Shown: one piece after another, positions 37,501 through 51,728 of the stretch
Position numbering within the stretch: position 1 is the stretch's first letter
Layout: each line of letters opens with the position of its first letter
Source of the DNA: Lytechinus pictus
Taxonomy: Eukaryota
Direction: 5' to 3'
Assembly: GCF_037042905.1 (NCBI RefSeq)
Contig: NC_087245.1
Coordinates: forward strand, 33,110,001-33,174,000
Length of the DNA: 64,000 nt
Notes under the pieces: model-generated
What the model saw: only the letters and a program-made list of their open reading frames with translations
What the model was told of the DNA's origin: nothing
Database searches by the model: none
Program-made: the position numbers and the translations under genes

Positions 37501-39505
37501 AGAACGACTCCTCGCTGCAAATAATGCATTTGCTCTCGTGTGAAAACATTCCTGATGGCTTGGCAGATGGTTTCATGCGTATGTGATTTAATGAAGTGGA
37601 ATCAGAATTCAGGTTCAAAAATATCATTCAATGTAATATATATTTTCAGATTGATTATGTGATTGCTTTTTTCTTTCTTCTAAATTTTCCCTCTGCATGG
37701 TGCATAACTGCAAGAAGTACAGCATATACAGCAAGGATAAGATGCAAATAATTCTTGCTTACAAACATTCATCTGAATGAACTCACACATTCAAATTGAT
37801 AACATTTTAACATGATTTAAGGAGAATTGTTTTGTCATAAATCTAACTCTAATTTGATATAGATCTCTATTGTTTAAAAACCTTACACTAAAACTAAATT
37901 CATAAATATCTTTCTTCATCTTCTGATTTATCTCTTGTATAATTTCATATAATAAAAAAATCCATAGTGATCAATGATGAAATTGAGGATTATGAAAAAG
38001 TCAGCAATGCTACCATTATCTTGCTAACAAACTTGTCAGTATGGTACTTTTTTGTGGTTGATGTCTCAAGGAGAAGAAGGAAGAAATCAATTTCAAATAT
38101 AGATCTGTTATTTCTCACTTGGCTCCTGACAATTAATCTGTACAAGCAGGGTAATATAAGTTCAGAAATAACCCCTAGTCTTCTGCATGCTGTAATGGCA
38201 AGTCATTACAGGATATCTTTAAAGCAAGTCTGTTGGAAAAAAGTTAATGAAGTAACTCGACTCCTGATTATCGTCCTAAAATCATCAGATGCAGGATGCT
38301 TCTATCCAACTCCCTGGAATAATATTTTGCATCTTCTTTTTCTCCGAACAAAACACCACTTGATTCTAGTATCACTTTCATGATATATGATGCAAATAAT
38401 TTGGTGGAGAACAATATGTGTGTGTGAAGAAGGCCGCCATGCTTATTCCTGAAATATTGGTCAATTTTATTTAATGTTATAAAAAATACTGAAATAAAAA
38501 TGGTGATTTGAAAGAATTATAAACCGGATTTCTTTGTATTCTTGGTCACAGATAGTTAAACTTTATAAATGAAATATAACCTAAAATAGCAAGTAACTGT
38601 TAAACCAGGGTATTCGATAGTTAAACTGTGCCAGTTCAAAGCTTGCTAAGAGTTGATCCCAACTTATATTGGTCAGACCCTTAATATACCAAGGGATTTA
38701 ACACTATAGCCATGTTTGTCAACAACCCAGCCTTGTAACTGTGGTAAAGAACTTGGACAAATTTGCAGAAGGGGATTTGAACAGGAACTTGCTACAATTT
38801 GTAAGATCACAACTAGCCAATTTAACAGGAGCATGGCTTTGAAAGGCAGAATTATGTCAAACAGTTGTGTGAAGTACAGAAGACCGAAACTTGAACAGAT
38901 TGTCACCCAATATTCCTTTTGTGTCAAGGAGATTTGCTTCCTTGGAGCGCTGGATGACCTCTTGGTTGTGTTAGTAAGAAATCAAATACAAAGAACTTCT
39001 CAGAACTATTAGAGGATGCAGTAATGGGCAATTTGAGTTCAACCATCTCTGTTGACATGTTAATGTTTTTCCTGCTAAAAGCCTTTTTTTTTTTTTGGGG
39101 GGGGGGCATTGATAGTGTTGCTCATTCATACACAAAAGATACTAAAGTAGTCTTTTAACTTTAATTCTGTTGACATACATGTAAGTTTGTTAAAAAACCT
39201 GAATGTAGCATCCAGCATCCCAATTCCCCTAAAACTGATTTAACTCTGATCTCTAGGACTATCAATTACCATTTTCACTTCTAAGTTCAAAGTATCATTT
39301 TCCCCCTAAGGAACAATTCTTGAAATATGGGAGACATCTGGGTGAGGAGATATTTCTTACAATTCTAATTGGTTTTTCAGATGTGCCTTTCAAGGAATGG
39401 GTATGGGTATCATTCATCTTCTCATCAAAGTAATGGAGGACATGGTTGAGATGTTTTGTGGAGGAGGAATTCCTCAATGACCGTCGGGTCTGAATCTCTA
39501 CTCAA

Positions 39506-39878
39506 TAGGCGGTGCTCCACCATTCCGAGTTTGCTCAATCTCGAGATTTTAGCCTGATCGGCCCTCTTCGCGATTAATCTCGAGATTCAAGAAACCCCGT
39601 CTCCACCATCGCAAGAAGAGCGATTCCTGCTCGAGCGAGGCATCGATGCATTTTGGTCTGATGCCGTGAATAAATAATCCCGAGTGCGTCTGCACCTACG
39701 AAGTAGCGCGATAATTCGTAAAATAGCGCGCTATTTTGCAAATAATCCCAAGTTGACTTGGGATTGCAATCTCGAGATTAATCCTACGAATAATCTCGAG
39801 ATTGTTCAGATCGGGATAATTTGTCGGATCAGAAATAGCGCGCTAATTTGAAAACTTGGGATGGTGCAGACGGCCCTT
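39506..39878. mobile_element. GC-rich MITE-like element with internal palindromes
   Basis: Imperfect inverted ends (CCACCATTCCGAGTTT / AAACTTGGGATGGTGC); palindrome AATCTCGAGATT four times and TAGCGCG three times. Confidence 0.65.
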
Positions 39879-40934
39879 TACTGTACAACTACAAGTAACT
39901 TTCATTATAAATTCTTAAGATATAACCATAAAGCTGTTTAGTGTAGCCATATACATGTAGTGTATTAAAGCCAACAATAGTACAATACATGGGTGTTCAC
40001 TATGAATAATATCAACAAACCTTTAGTCTGGTGACCACGGAAATATTATAAAACCATTCATTTTGATTCATCCACTTATTCCATAAAATTCAATTAAAGC
40101 ATTTTATTTCTATGTAGCATGTGGCTGGGGAATTACAATAAAAGCCTATGCCTTGCAAACGATATCATCCTTTCTAATCCTTCCATTTAGATCCATATGA
40201 ATGTAAACCTAGGACTCGTGTATGTGGGCCAAATACTTCATATAACATCCAATCAACACGACTTGGTTCATCTGTACTGTAGGGATTAAAGTCAGCCCTT
40301 TCATCAAATGACATGAATGAATTTAAATCAAAAAGTTTGAAAAACTACGTGAATTGCATAAAACCCTAAAATATCTAACAATTACAGCATCGACCAAAAC
40401 TCAACCAATCTACACCTCATGAATGAAGAAGTCACAGCCCATCAACTGGGCACAGAAGGGAAAATCCGAGCGAATAAACGGATGATCCCAAAAATGCAAC
40501 TCAATCACAAAATCATCAATATCACAATACCATCTTCTTCAGAATGTTATTATATGGGATCAAGATAATATTGAATCATCTCCTCTTTCTAATTATCAAC
40601 CATTCAACAAGTCAATGACCTCGTACACCCTCACTCTAAACCCTTGTAAAGCATTGATTCTTTCTTTTCTATCATTTTCCACTACACCACACCTGAGAAG
40701 TGTTACAACGCTCCAAGAAAAGACAGAATAACTACATGTAGTGGGGGCTTTAGTTTGGTAAAAAAAATCAATAGTCACCTTGCAATCATGCAACAAATAC
40801 GGTGGAAGCTAGGCAGTTTTTTCATGATATGATGTTAGTTGTTACAGTCTCTATTATTCCAAATGTGTATGGCCACATTATCAACCTTTGTCTTTTTACC
40901 TGGAATTATCCTCACATTTTACTTTTTAGACCTG

Positions 40935-41089
40935 GGGCCCGTTGCATAAAACTTTTTACCTGAGAAAACTCAGGTTGTTTTTACCGGAGTTTTTGCCCTG
41001 TGTTAAAGTCAATGGCAGAAATCAGACTAACCTTAGTTTTCAGTTTTTACCAGAGTTTTCTCGGGTAAAAAGTGTTATGCAACAGGCCC
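40935..41089. mobile_element. MITE with CTG TSD (PIF/Harbinger-like)
   Basis: CTG|GGGCCCGTTGCATAAAACTTTTTACC ... GGTAAAAAGTGTTATGCAACAGGCCC|CTG. Confidence 0.85.
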
Positions 41090-42447
41090 CTGGTCCATTA
41101 TCACAATCCTAACCTTACTAAAACTCCTTTTACAGTGAACTCTTCCCCCCAACTATAGCATGGAAACGCAATGATGGTTGTAGAGAGCCAGCGTGAAAGG
41201 AACACATGAACACTTTTTGACAGATGTACATGTATTCACTGCCCTCAGAAATCTTGGAAGAAGAAATATTTGAAGATATGATTATCCCTTTCCTGAAACA
41301 TCAAACCTGAAATCTGACTTTAAAAAATATTGAATAAAGGTTTCCATCTGAAAAGTATGGATGATTCTTGTTCGAGTAAATTCTTTAGAGTTTTGTCCTT
41401 CTGTTTAACGACTCTCATCCAATGAAAGGATGTTCATGGTCATACAGGTACACCGATATCATGCTCAGCGATGATCAGGGTCCATCAAAGTCAGAATCCT
41501 ATCTGGATGACCTTGATGTTATAGCCATGTTAAATCCTGCTACCCTAGAAACACATCACTTTCATTAAAACGAGGCAAGAGCGGAAAAACTTCGAGCCAT
41601 CAAATGTGGCATGATCCAAGAATGGATTTACAAATTAACTTGACAAAATTGATTATCACTAATACATGTAGGAGATGTGCCGGAGCAATGTTAACCCCTC
41701 TGGTTGCTCATCATAAAGAAACATGTGGATGCTGGACACTGCCAATGGGGGAAGGATTGGTTGGTAAATAATATAGACATTGCCTTCAGATTTTTGTTCT
41801 ACTATTTTTGGGAGCATTTATAGTGCTTGTGGAAATTGAATTTCACGGCTAATGGATCTGATCGATGTGGCCAAACTGATTTCATACACGATGCCAGTCA
41901 CGTTTCAACAATGAACTTCACATTGAGAAAATTGTAACCATCTATGGAGGAGTCGATCAACGATCAAAATTTAAAAGGGTAGTGCCTATTCTATTGACTA
42001 CCAGATATCAACACTATTCATTGTTTTGAAAGAACGGTGACATCGTTTGTCAGACTGCCACTTAATCAAATCTTTTAGGTACATTGTCCTCATCTTTGCC
42101 AGGGCAGAATGCCACAGCAACTTTCCTGATCCCATCTATATTTTAAAGGGAAAAGATTGAGCAGATTCCCTACTTTAAGTTAAAAATGACCCAGAGTTTT
42201 GTCAGGGTGATCAAGTTCTTTAAATTCTCTTCATGTCAAAGTTCTTTCATTTACTATCACATCATAAGCATACAAATTTTGCAAACAAAATTATAGGCCC
42301 TAATGATATCCTACTTTTATTTATCAGTCAAAACACTCACCACTTACATCACAGTATCATACAACTCATAATTTGCAAAGAAACAAAACAACTGAAAATT
42401 GAATATAAAATCTATGATTTAAAAAAATGAATAAAAAGGTGATTTAC

Positions 42448-42599
42448 CTGCTAATGAACTTGAACTGCCATAGGGTGACAACTTCTGTGTGTAGTAGAAA
42501 TTTGAGGGCGTGCTTCTTCCACTAAGCGTTGGCGGTGTTGTGCTTCCGTTCAGAACCCCTTTTCCCGATAATCCGCCCGGACTCGGTAACTGCCCCTCA
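42448..42599 (-). CDS. TNS: Tensin internal exon (Ser/Pro-rich linker before SH2)
   Basis: Acceptor ttattcttctatttacag|T, donor CAG|gtaaat. 152 nt, phase 2 to 1, which bridges the 62542 exon (ends phase 2) and the 23314 exon (starts phase 1). Encodes EGQLPSPGG...SGRSTPSNFYYTQKLSPYGSSSSLA. Confidence 0.8.
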
Positions 42600-42892
42600 C
42601 TGTAAATAGAAGAATAACCACTGTCTTTATCATGTTCATCATCCACAACTAAAGGTGAAAGTTCAAAGGTCAGGTCGGCCAGTCGGCTCTCGACCTCTTC
42701 AAACTCGTCCATGAATTCATAGTCCTGGTCGGTCTCGTCAATCTGCGGCGACTTCTTCTCTGGGATAATGTCCAGGGAAGGATTAAAAGGGGAAGTGATG
42801 TCATAGTTCGTTAACCTCTTGACCCACATTTCAAGTTCCGCAAATGGATCGGACGCGTCCCCCGTACATGCATTTGAATTGTTGTTCTCCAT
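42448..42892 (-). CDS. TNS: Probable alternative first coding exon of a short tensin isoform (5' extension of the internal exon)
   Basis: ATG at 42892 is preceded by an in-frame TGA; the acidic, coding-like ORF MENNNSNACTGDASDPFAELEMWVK... reads in frame through the internal acceptor to the same donor (148 codons + 1 nt). Confidence 0.65.
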
Positions 42893-45800
42893 ATTGATAT
42901 TGATTCTCAGTTTTCACTTCTCCCAAAATTAATATGGAAACTGTTTTCCTCCAAAATAAACTGTGAAATTTGGGTATCAAGTGAACTTCACATGCTCCTC
43001 CTCCACAATTTGATCTACTTGAATGTTATTCCCTGACGTCACATTCAGATAACCTCCAAGAAACAAGTGCAATGTCCTCCAATAACTTTCTGATATCAAT
43101 ACAAATACAGTATCACCACCTTGAGATAAAACAATAATTTTTCACAACAAAAATAATCAAAGCGTTACAAGCCTTGCAATCAAAATCTTGACAATTTTCC
43201 AATATAATATATCATTCAGAGGAAATCGACAGGCGTTGTTTCAAGTTTTAATCACAAATGAGAAATGACAGATGTGTATCCTTGACTGTTCCTGCAGATA
43301 TTACATACATAAAAAATATCACCATGGATACAAGGGATGTTAGATACCCAATCAAATCTGATGACGATTATAACAGAATTATATATTTCTAGATAAAAGT
43401 AAGCAGAATTCAATCTTAAAATGGTATATTTCTGTCAGGATAAAACAAGCATGCCCAGTGGATCAAACAGTATGAAATTCCAGGAAAATGATGATCTAAT
43501 ACTTCCAAAGCTTAAAAATTCCTACTAGGCTGATGACAATGCACTGCTGGCTTGGTCCAATATTCTTGAGAATAGCACCTAATTAGCTTCTCTAGAGGCA
43601 ATATATTTTATGGCTATGTATGAAGTAAATTGGCAGGTACTTGTAGCAACACGAAGATGTCCCCAGGGGTGATGTCTCGCTGATTTTAATGAGGTTCCTA
43701 AGTAAGCATCGACTAAAAGTTCATCGACAGCCGAATTTCAGCAGTGTCAAAATTTCTATTGAACAAAGCACATTTCTTTTCAGCAAAAAATGTGACAGAG
43801 TGTATACAAATGGAAAGACTTCAAAAATTAGAATGTGCTGTTAAATCAATGACTAAAGAATAAATTTAGCTGCTTCCTTCATGAAATTTGAAGACGATAT
43901 AGTGCCTCTGAAGATTTTAATGTGAAGTAGATGAAAAGTGAAGTTTTCAGTGACTGATGCTTCCTAGCGTAAGATAAGAAAACCTGTCAACGCAGATTTT
44001 TACTTGATTTCCTGAAGCTAAGACTGTGATATCATAGAAGTCGCTGTAAATACCATATCCTCCAATAAATGATAGGAAATGAAGAGAGATTCTAATCTCT
44101 TTTTCTGTCGGCTTCTGTGCGAGATGGTGACACGGGTCTTGAGATCGCTATGGCGATACGCTGCCTGCTGCTAAACGGAGTCTTGTTGGTGTTTGGGAAG
44201 CAATGAAAAATACTGGAAATATAGAGTATTGTGCACTTTAGAGGGAAGCCAGGCGAAAATCATCAGGCTCGTCCGATATGAAAGCACAGATATGAGACAT
44301 AGGATAGATCTCTCTTGGGGTAAGGCATTTTATGGGCTTGTGTGTCGTGAAGCACATAATATAGCTCCACGCCAAATCCATAGAAAAACCACAGTGATTT
44401 AGGCGTCACGACACAAGCCGTCAAGCATAAAGATTTGACCAGGGCATGAACAAACCCCCACAAGACTTAAATGCCACTTAGTTCAGTTCCAGTGAATCTG
44501 TGGAAGTCTTGCAGCTTTCCAATCCTCTGAGGGTAGTAGTAGTTCCGCCAGCTGCAAACTCGGAACTGTTCTCCAAATGTAGAAAAATCTATGATCTTTT
44601 TCCACAAAGTCTCATATCATAGAATTTGTATTTGCGTACAAAGACAAAGTCCAATGCAAAGGGTTTCCGGTCAAGGCATGTCAAACACAAATCTCAACAC
44701 GATACTGCTATTGACATATCTAGAGAATCAACATGCCTATAAAGGGCAGTAATCTTGAGATATAAAGCAACTATTTGATGCCTGGTTCAAGTTGAAAATC
44801 CCAGATATACACTAGCCTCTGGCAGCATCGTAAAAAAAAATCCAGTAAATTCCAAGGATGAACAGTAGGTCTTTCCCCAAAAACTCTTTTCTAGCTGCTC
44901 CACAACCCCCTCGCATGTTCCACGCAGTAACACCAGCACCAGACTGGTTTACAATAGCTGGGTGACAGTTTTGATAAAGAGCCAGAAAAACATAAAAGAG
45001 GAGAAGAATTATCTACCAAAGGTAAACGAGAAGCAAAAACCACACACCCCTATTCACCATGTGGAAGCAGAGGGGAACCCCAATCAATTCAATTCTAAAC
45101 TGGAGTGTGTGTGTGTGTATACGGCAAGGATCAGTGTGTGAGTGCGACACACACTGCAGTGGGCGGGTACTAAACCCCCGGCGCCTCATTGGTGGAAACT
45201 TTCCAAGCGTTACAACCAACCACATCAGGCCTTGCTTCTGTCATGATGCTTGCAAATATGATAGGCTGATGGATCTATGTTTATGATACCACATGTTTTT
45301 AAAATGTAAAAAATAATGTTTTATTAATATAGAACTCAAAATTGAGGAACATTATGTTGGTTGCTGATGTGGAGAAAATTAGTCGGATTGAAGAGGAACA
45401 CAATATCAGCATGCATTATGTCACAATCAAGCTGCAGATTGGAAAGAAAGAAAGACAGAATGAAGAATATTTACAGACTCGAAAAAGTGTACACAGAAAC
45501 AAATATTTTTCCCTTCAGGAGTTGGCAAAATAGTTGATACATTCAACCTTTTCAGCAGATTGAATAATCTCCATGCCTCCTATGCAAATGTACATACAAA
45601 CAATTAGGGCTTTTAACAAGAATCAATCACCTTGCAAAGACAAGAAATATTAAGATATGAAGCAAGTTGTGCAAAGATTAAGGGGAAATTGTAGATATAC
45701 GAGGTCTTTGAATAGGGGAGGAGTACCTATAATATAGGCTTATATGATACCCAAAGTAATCTTTCTCAAGAACAAGTTGTAAATTCTCTATACCCCTTAA

Positions 45801-48800
45801 ATTCCCCCAATATCCCCTAAGAGTGACGAGTATGGAGGAAACTGACTCACCGTTCAAGTTCACTTCTTCTTTTTTTCTAATGAAACATGGTTTTCCCCCG
45901 TCCTTTTCTGGTAAAACTGTTATCCCTCTCATGTTTTAAAGGTATAAAGGAGAACAGCCTAACTGATTAAAATAAGACCTATGTTTTCAATGTGTTCACA
46001 TCGTAGTCACTGTGTATGGAAGTTTGACCAGCTGACCTGCATGTATTTAGAGCGGAATTAACATAAAATAAACTTAAGAACAGTGAATTTATTATTTTTA
46101 AAATATTTACCGATAGCTGTAATACATATTTTACAATAATTCCTCTACTTCCTAGACTTTGGCTGCTTAGAAAAAATCTGAAACAATTATTTTTATTGAA
46201 TGGAAATCTACTTATCCACCCTTCTTTTTTCAAACTCCATATTTTCTGTAAACTAAGGCATTGGCATGTTCAATGTACATTCCTAATGTGTAAAAGCAAA
46301 AAAAAAAACATTTTCCTTTGTTCCATTTACAAATTACAAGATGAAAAGGTAAGGGAATGTTGTTCTCATTATCAAACACAATGATATACCACAGCTATTG
46401 TTTTAAGACCACAATAGACAATGAAAATGTTCTCATAGAGAACGTCACAAAGCGATGTTGACAATGGCCCAGTTATTGAAGGTCATAGAAAAAAAATCAA
46501 ACAAAAACTTCTCATAACAAACAGAATCATATAAAAACTCTGGAATTAGACCAAATACTTATGGAAATAGAGTAAAAAGGATGGACAAATCATCAAAACT
46601 AACAATAATAATGAAGTGCAATTCTGAAACAATACTTCAGTGGAAAACATTCCTTAAAACCTCAGGATACATTTATCCCTTCAAAATTCATTCAAATCAT
46701 CCCACTTCCTCCATGCCAAGCCTGTATAAAATACCAATGAAGGTTTGCACAGGTAAGCAGGCTTATACTTCCTTCAGCCAACGACAAAAAATTGAAGAAA
46801 AAAAAAATCAATGGCCAACATTTCTATGTGACCACGAAACCGCATACGATAAAAGCAAGATCGTACAAGGTTGAGTGTAACCAATGAAGCACAGTTCCAC
46901 TAGGCATAATTGACATTGTTGGAGTTGGACCTTTAGGAATTGGATATGCATCTCTTGCTTGTGGTCTGCAGCTCCGCATATAAATTATCAGTTATTGGTT
47001 AAAAAATATCATCTCAGGATGCTAGTACATGAATGAATTTTTCATTTAATTAATTTAGAATAAATTGTATTACATTTCTGAATTTCTGTTGTGAATTATT
47101 CATTGCATTCTCATATAACTGCAACGTTTTAAAATGCATTATATGTGATTTAATTTTTTTTTAAACATCGCTAAGTTTTATTCTGCCAGCAGAAAATTTA
47201 TTACTTTTTAAATCAGATTTTGATTCTTTGCTTTTCTTCCCAGAGAAATAAAAAAAGAATTTCAATAATTTTTCAAAAATTGCTGAACGTTCATCACAAA
47301 CAAATTTTATTTAAAAATTAGTATAATTTTACCATGATCAATTCAGCAACATTTGAAATTTCATCACTCTTTTCACAACTGTAACAAAGAATACACATGT
47401 ATTCAATGTAAACACAGTTTTGCTAAAAGTAACAAATCTATCTTTAACAAACAACATCTGCTGTTATGTCTAAAATTAGTGTCATAAACACAGTGGCTGT
47501 TAAAGGGCAGACAAAGTCTGTTTGTAGAAAAAAAGTCAAAATCACATTTTGGTTAAAATGCAATTTGCTATGAATAGAACACACCCTTGACAACTAAAAA
47601 CACTGGAATGTAGTTACCTACAAATTATCAAGGTCTCTTTTCACTAAAAAAAATGCTTCAGAAAAACTTTCAAATTGTTTGAAATTCATATCTTTCTCAC
47701 ACCAACACATTTTGTTACCTTCCATTCGATTTCATTCATGTTTGCATCTGTCCACGCCGGGCAGTTCCATATTTCTAACCTTTCGACAAAACATTTACGC
47801 GTTGATTATGCCCACTAGTATCAATTTCATGCCTTTCTGAATACTTCTATTTCTTATGCAAACAGAAGTCATATATTCTCGTCGATCTGCATTGTTGTTC
47901 ATTGTCCCACAATAAAACCGCAATTTGTAAGACTAATGTCAACCCCACAAAAATGGAACATAAACTTGAACAATTCCTTGCTCAGGTTGTTGCTTCACAT
48001 GGCCTTGACTGGCAATTGGTCCACCTATCAATCATATAACTGTCGCTTTGATAGTGTTGTTTTCTGAAGGAGAATATTGATACTTTTGAATACAGTTTCA
48101 CATAATCACTCTTGTATTATTAAACAAACTGCCAAAGGAAATGTGTTTCTCTAATTGAAGAAAGTTAGTTTGAAAATAGCCAATCTAAAATCAATTCTTT
48201 ATGAGAATGCACATTAAATTTTATTGATGATGTTGTTCTGAGCTATGAATTTACTTATCACTTTTTCATTTCACAGAGTTGGGCAAATGTAATCCAAAAA
48301 ATTAAGGTACAAATATACACGAGTCTGTTCTCTTGTGAATTGCAATACTTTGAAAAGGAATCACTTCTCAAAGTGGCCCATATTCAATGTTTTTCAATTC
48401 AATCCAATCTTGGAGGCTATATGATCATGATAAAGAGAGAAATTGTTCTTTTGCTTTCAAAGTAAAGACTGGGGTGGCGATGGAGAGACAAATCGTCACA
48501 CACTATTGCAAATGAGCAAATACAATACAGTAGTAGATCTATACTGATGCTTATAATACAGGATTAATGGAAGGTTTTCAGAATGGGGAACTGAATGGGC
48601 TTCCAACAGGGCCAATATTGAGGACTGGGTCATTGTTCTTTGGGTTTGTCAGACTCCGTTTACAGAATCAGAAGATGCACCACATCAAGAGCTTCTAGAC
48701 GGAATCCAATGGAGCAGAAAGATGACATCATAAGGAATATAGGGGGTATTGTAACGATAGGAGGGGTATAAATGTACAAGAGAGGGTGACACTGTTATGT

Positions 48801-51240
48801 AATGGTTGACAAAATATGAAAGGGGTGATCAACCTTTTGTATAATATCCAACTGAGAAAAGGGTTTCATGAATGGTGATTATTTATTAAAGCCATTTGTA
48901 TATAAGCCATTCTTCATTATTTTTTTTTTATTATGAATCTTGATAATTGCTCTAAATTTACTAAAACGTTTTTCTTTAATTTCTAATGGCAAAGTATAAA
49001 CTTTTCACTTTTTCGCACCCAAATTGCATGCAAATCCATTAATTTGATTTGATTTCCAATAAATCACAATTCTCTGGGTTTTCAGAAACAATGAGAATTC
49101 TAAATGCAGTGCTCGATAAAAAAAATCTATACAAATTAGGGTTAAGTTCCATGTTCTAAAGATAAGAAATTGAAATATTAAATTTCAGAAACTTTCAAAG
49201 ACTCTGATTTCACCGATGTTATCTATAAAATAATTTTCCTAAACTCCTAAAATAGGCAGTTAGAATGACAGGTACAAGACATACTCTGATCACACCTAAA
49301 CTGGCCCCCTAACTAAGCTTTACTCCTTCAGCATGTCCCCTCTTCCATACTCCTCGCATTGTGGCTTCAAGATGGGTCTAAGAAGAAACTTCCGGCACTG
49401 ATCAATATATTTACCACCCCGCCATTTTTCGATGAATGCCCTACAAAATGGAAAGTGGGTTCTCAAGGGATTTTGAGGTGTAGTAGAAGGAAATAGAGGG
49501 GATTCTTCAAGAATATGTGGTAAATGAGAGGGACAATGTTTTACCTATAATCCGCCCACAAGCACCAGTGGGATGAGTATTCTATTGATTTTCTAAGGTT
49601 ACATTCTTAATTAAAGGTGCACTATACCTCCCCATGAATGTATGAATTCCTGAGGTTTTTTTTTCACTTCAACTTCTCTTTCTCCTGTTTTACAAAGGGG
49701 GGGGGGAGTATTGGGTCTTTCCTTCAAGTTTACTAGATATCAGATTCACAGACTGGAATGATTTGTATCTTAAAAAAAAAACTTTATGACTTTAACCATT
49801 TAACCTTAATTTGAAAAGCGATGACTGATTACCACTAACTGCCTGACTTAGGTCAAATCATGTCAAAGAAATCCTATAGGAGATGGATTTTTCACTTAAC
49901 AACTAAACTACTCCCAAATGTCATTGCTCTCAAATAAACAAATATCAGTAATCTAAATAACCATATCCCGACCTCAAAAGATTGTTCGACTTTCGGATTC
50001 TCACAAATTCTTCTCCCAAACTGATTGAAATTAGAGTCAGCAGTCATAAATGGCATTATCAAATTACCTCTAAATACGATTTTACTTGCTTCTTTGTTAA
50101 GCCCTAAAATATAAATGTGAGCAGGTTGTTAAATCTTTTAGTCCTACATATAGGCCTGTGTGTTATGAGTAATTTGACATAGATTTGATATTATAATAAT
50201 TTAATCTTTTGTACATGACAGAAAATGTCATGAATTCAAATTGAAGTAAACAGATTAGGTTCAACCTACCATTGATATCATATTTATTCATTTACAGGTT
50301 TATAGGCCTATTTTGTTCCTTATGAATCAGGTATCATAGGAACCAGTCCATAATCACTACCTGCTCATAAAGACAACTTTATTGAGTTTTATGTTTCACT
50401 GTATTATTTGTTGATTTTCACATTATTCTAGGCATATTGTGTCACTACATACCATAACAATATGTAATCACTATATCCAGTCATGCAGTCGGCTTATGAC
50501 TACTGTGCAATTGATTCTTATCATAGATATCAAAATTTCCTTTTTTGTAGGAGAAGGGGCATTTCCTTTAGTAAAAGGGGGTAATGTGTCGTTTCAAATA
50601 CATATGTGGGTTTTTCCCCTGAATGTAATATCACAAATTTGCAGAGGTCTTTTATCTTGGCAGAAAGTCAATTTACCTGCCAAAATGTTGGTCTTTAACA
50701 TTTAATGTTGAATAATCTGTTCATATCAATTGTGCCTTACATTTTTTCTTTGCTTTCTCCATCAATTTGCCATGAGTATACAAGATAATTATGAAAAATG
50801 TATACACAAAATAAAGTATTAAGATTTCCTGGTACTTATAGGGTGTCACAAGAAACTTGCCATCACTTGAAAACGTATTTAGGGTGCCAAAGTAAAAGCG
50901 AGTGAAAATCCATGCATTATTAAGAGAGTATCCATTCTATTAATTTGATTTCATTTTATTCAATAAAGCATTCTTTTCATAGATTCGTTTCTATGTATCA
51001 ACCTGCATATTTCCTAATTATTTCAATTATCCACTGTTAATTCATATGCGTAAGTTCCAAATAATGTCCAAATTCAATGAAATTGTCTAAGCAGTGTCTT
51101 CCTATATAATAATTCACTTATTTTTTTAGGGTTGTTTTAAATAGACCCTGGTATAATTTTTGAAAGGCACTCCCAGCAGTAGTAGTAGTAACAGTGCTCT
51201 AACAGGCTGTGACCTGTGAACAACAACTCTCCAGGACCTG

Positions 51241-51369
51241 GGTCCCGTAACACAAAGGTTAGCAATTTATCGTACGCCCAATTTTTACGATTGATTGTAC
51301 ATTGTAGTCAATGGAATCAATCATAGAAAAATGTTCTACGATCATTGCTAAGTTTTGTGTTACAGGGCC
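51241..51369. mobile_element. MITE inserted at a CWG site
   Basis: GACCTG|GGTCCCGTAACACAAAGGTTAGCAAT ... ATTGCTAAGTTTTGTGTTACAGGGCC|CAGGTC inverted ends; a decayed relative seems present near 57630-57760. Confidence 0.8.
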
Positions 51370-51728
51370 CAGGTCTTTAATCTTGTAACAAGCCAGGTAA
51401 TGACATCATGTAGGTCTCCAACAAAACAAGCTTAAAACAGAATGGTTCACAGGACCTGTTTCATCTAAAGAGCCCACATAAAATAAAACCACAATAAAAG
51501 GAATGACTTGGACTTGACAATAAGAGGTACTCCCCATGGAGTTTAGACTAAAACTTTAAAAGAGCCAGAGGATACGCTAATTAGGCCACTCTGAAGCACT
51601 ATTCAAGGTTAATTTCTGGAAAAAGATGTAAAGATATAAGAGGATTGTGGATATGAAGGTAAGTTGGAATCAGAACGGCATTATTGGTTTACTGGTGCCA
51701 GATGGAATATTTTGGAGCAGAATCATAT

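Noticed and set aside
47500..48400. Additional TTAA-type transposon starting TTAAAGGGCAGACAAAG (and a partial one ending near 58752)
   Set aside because: Could not find the matching opposite terminus by eye.
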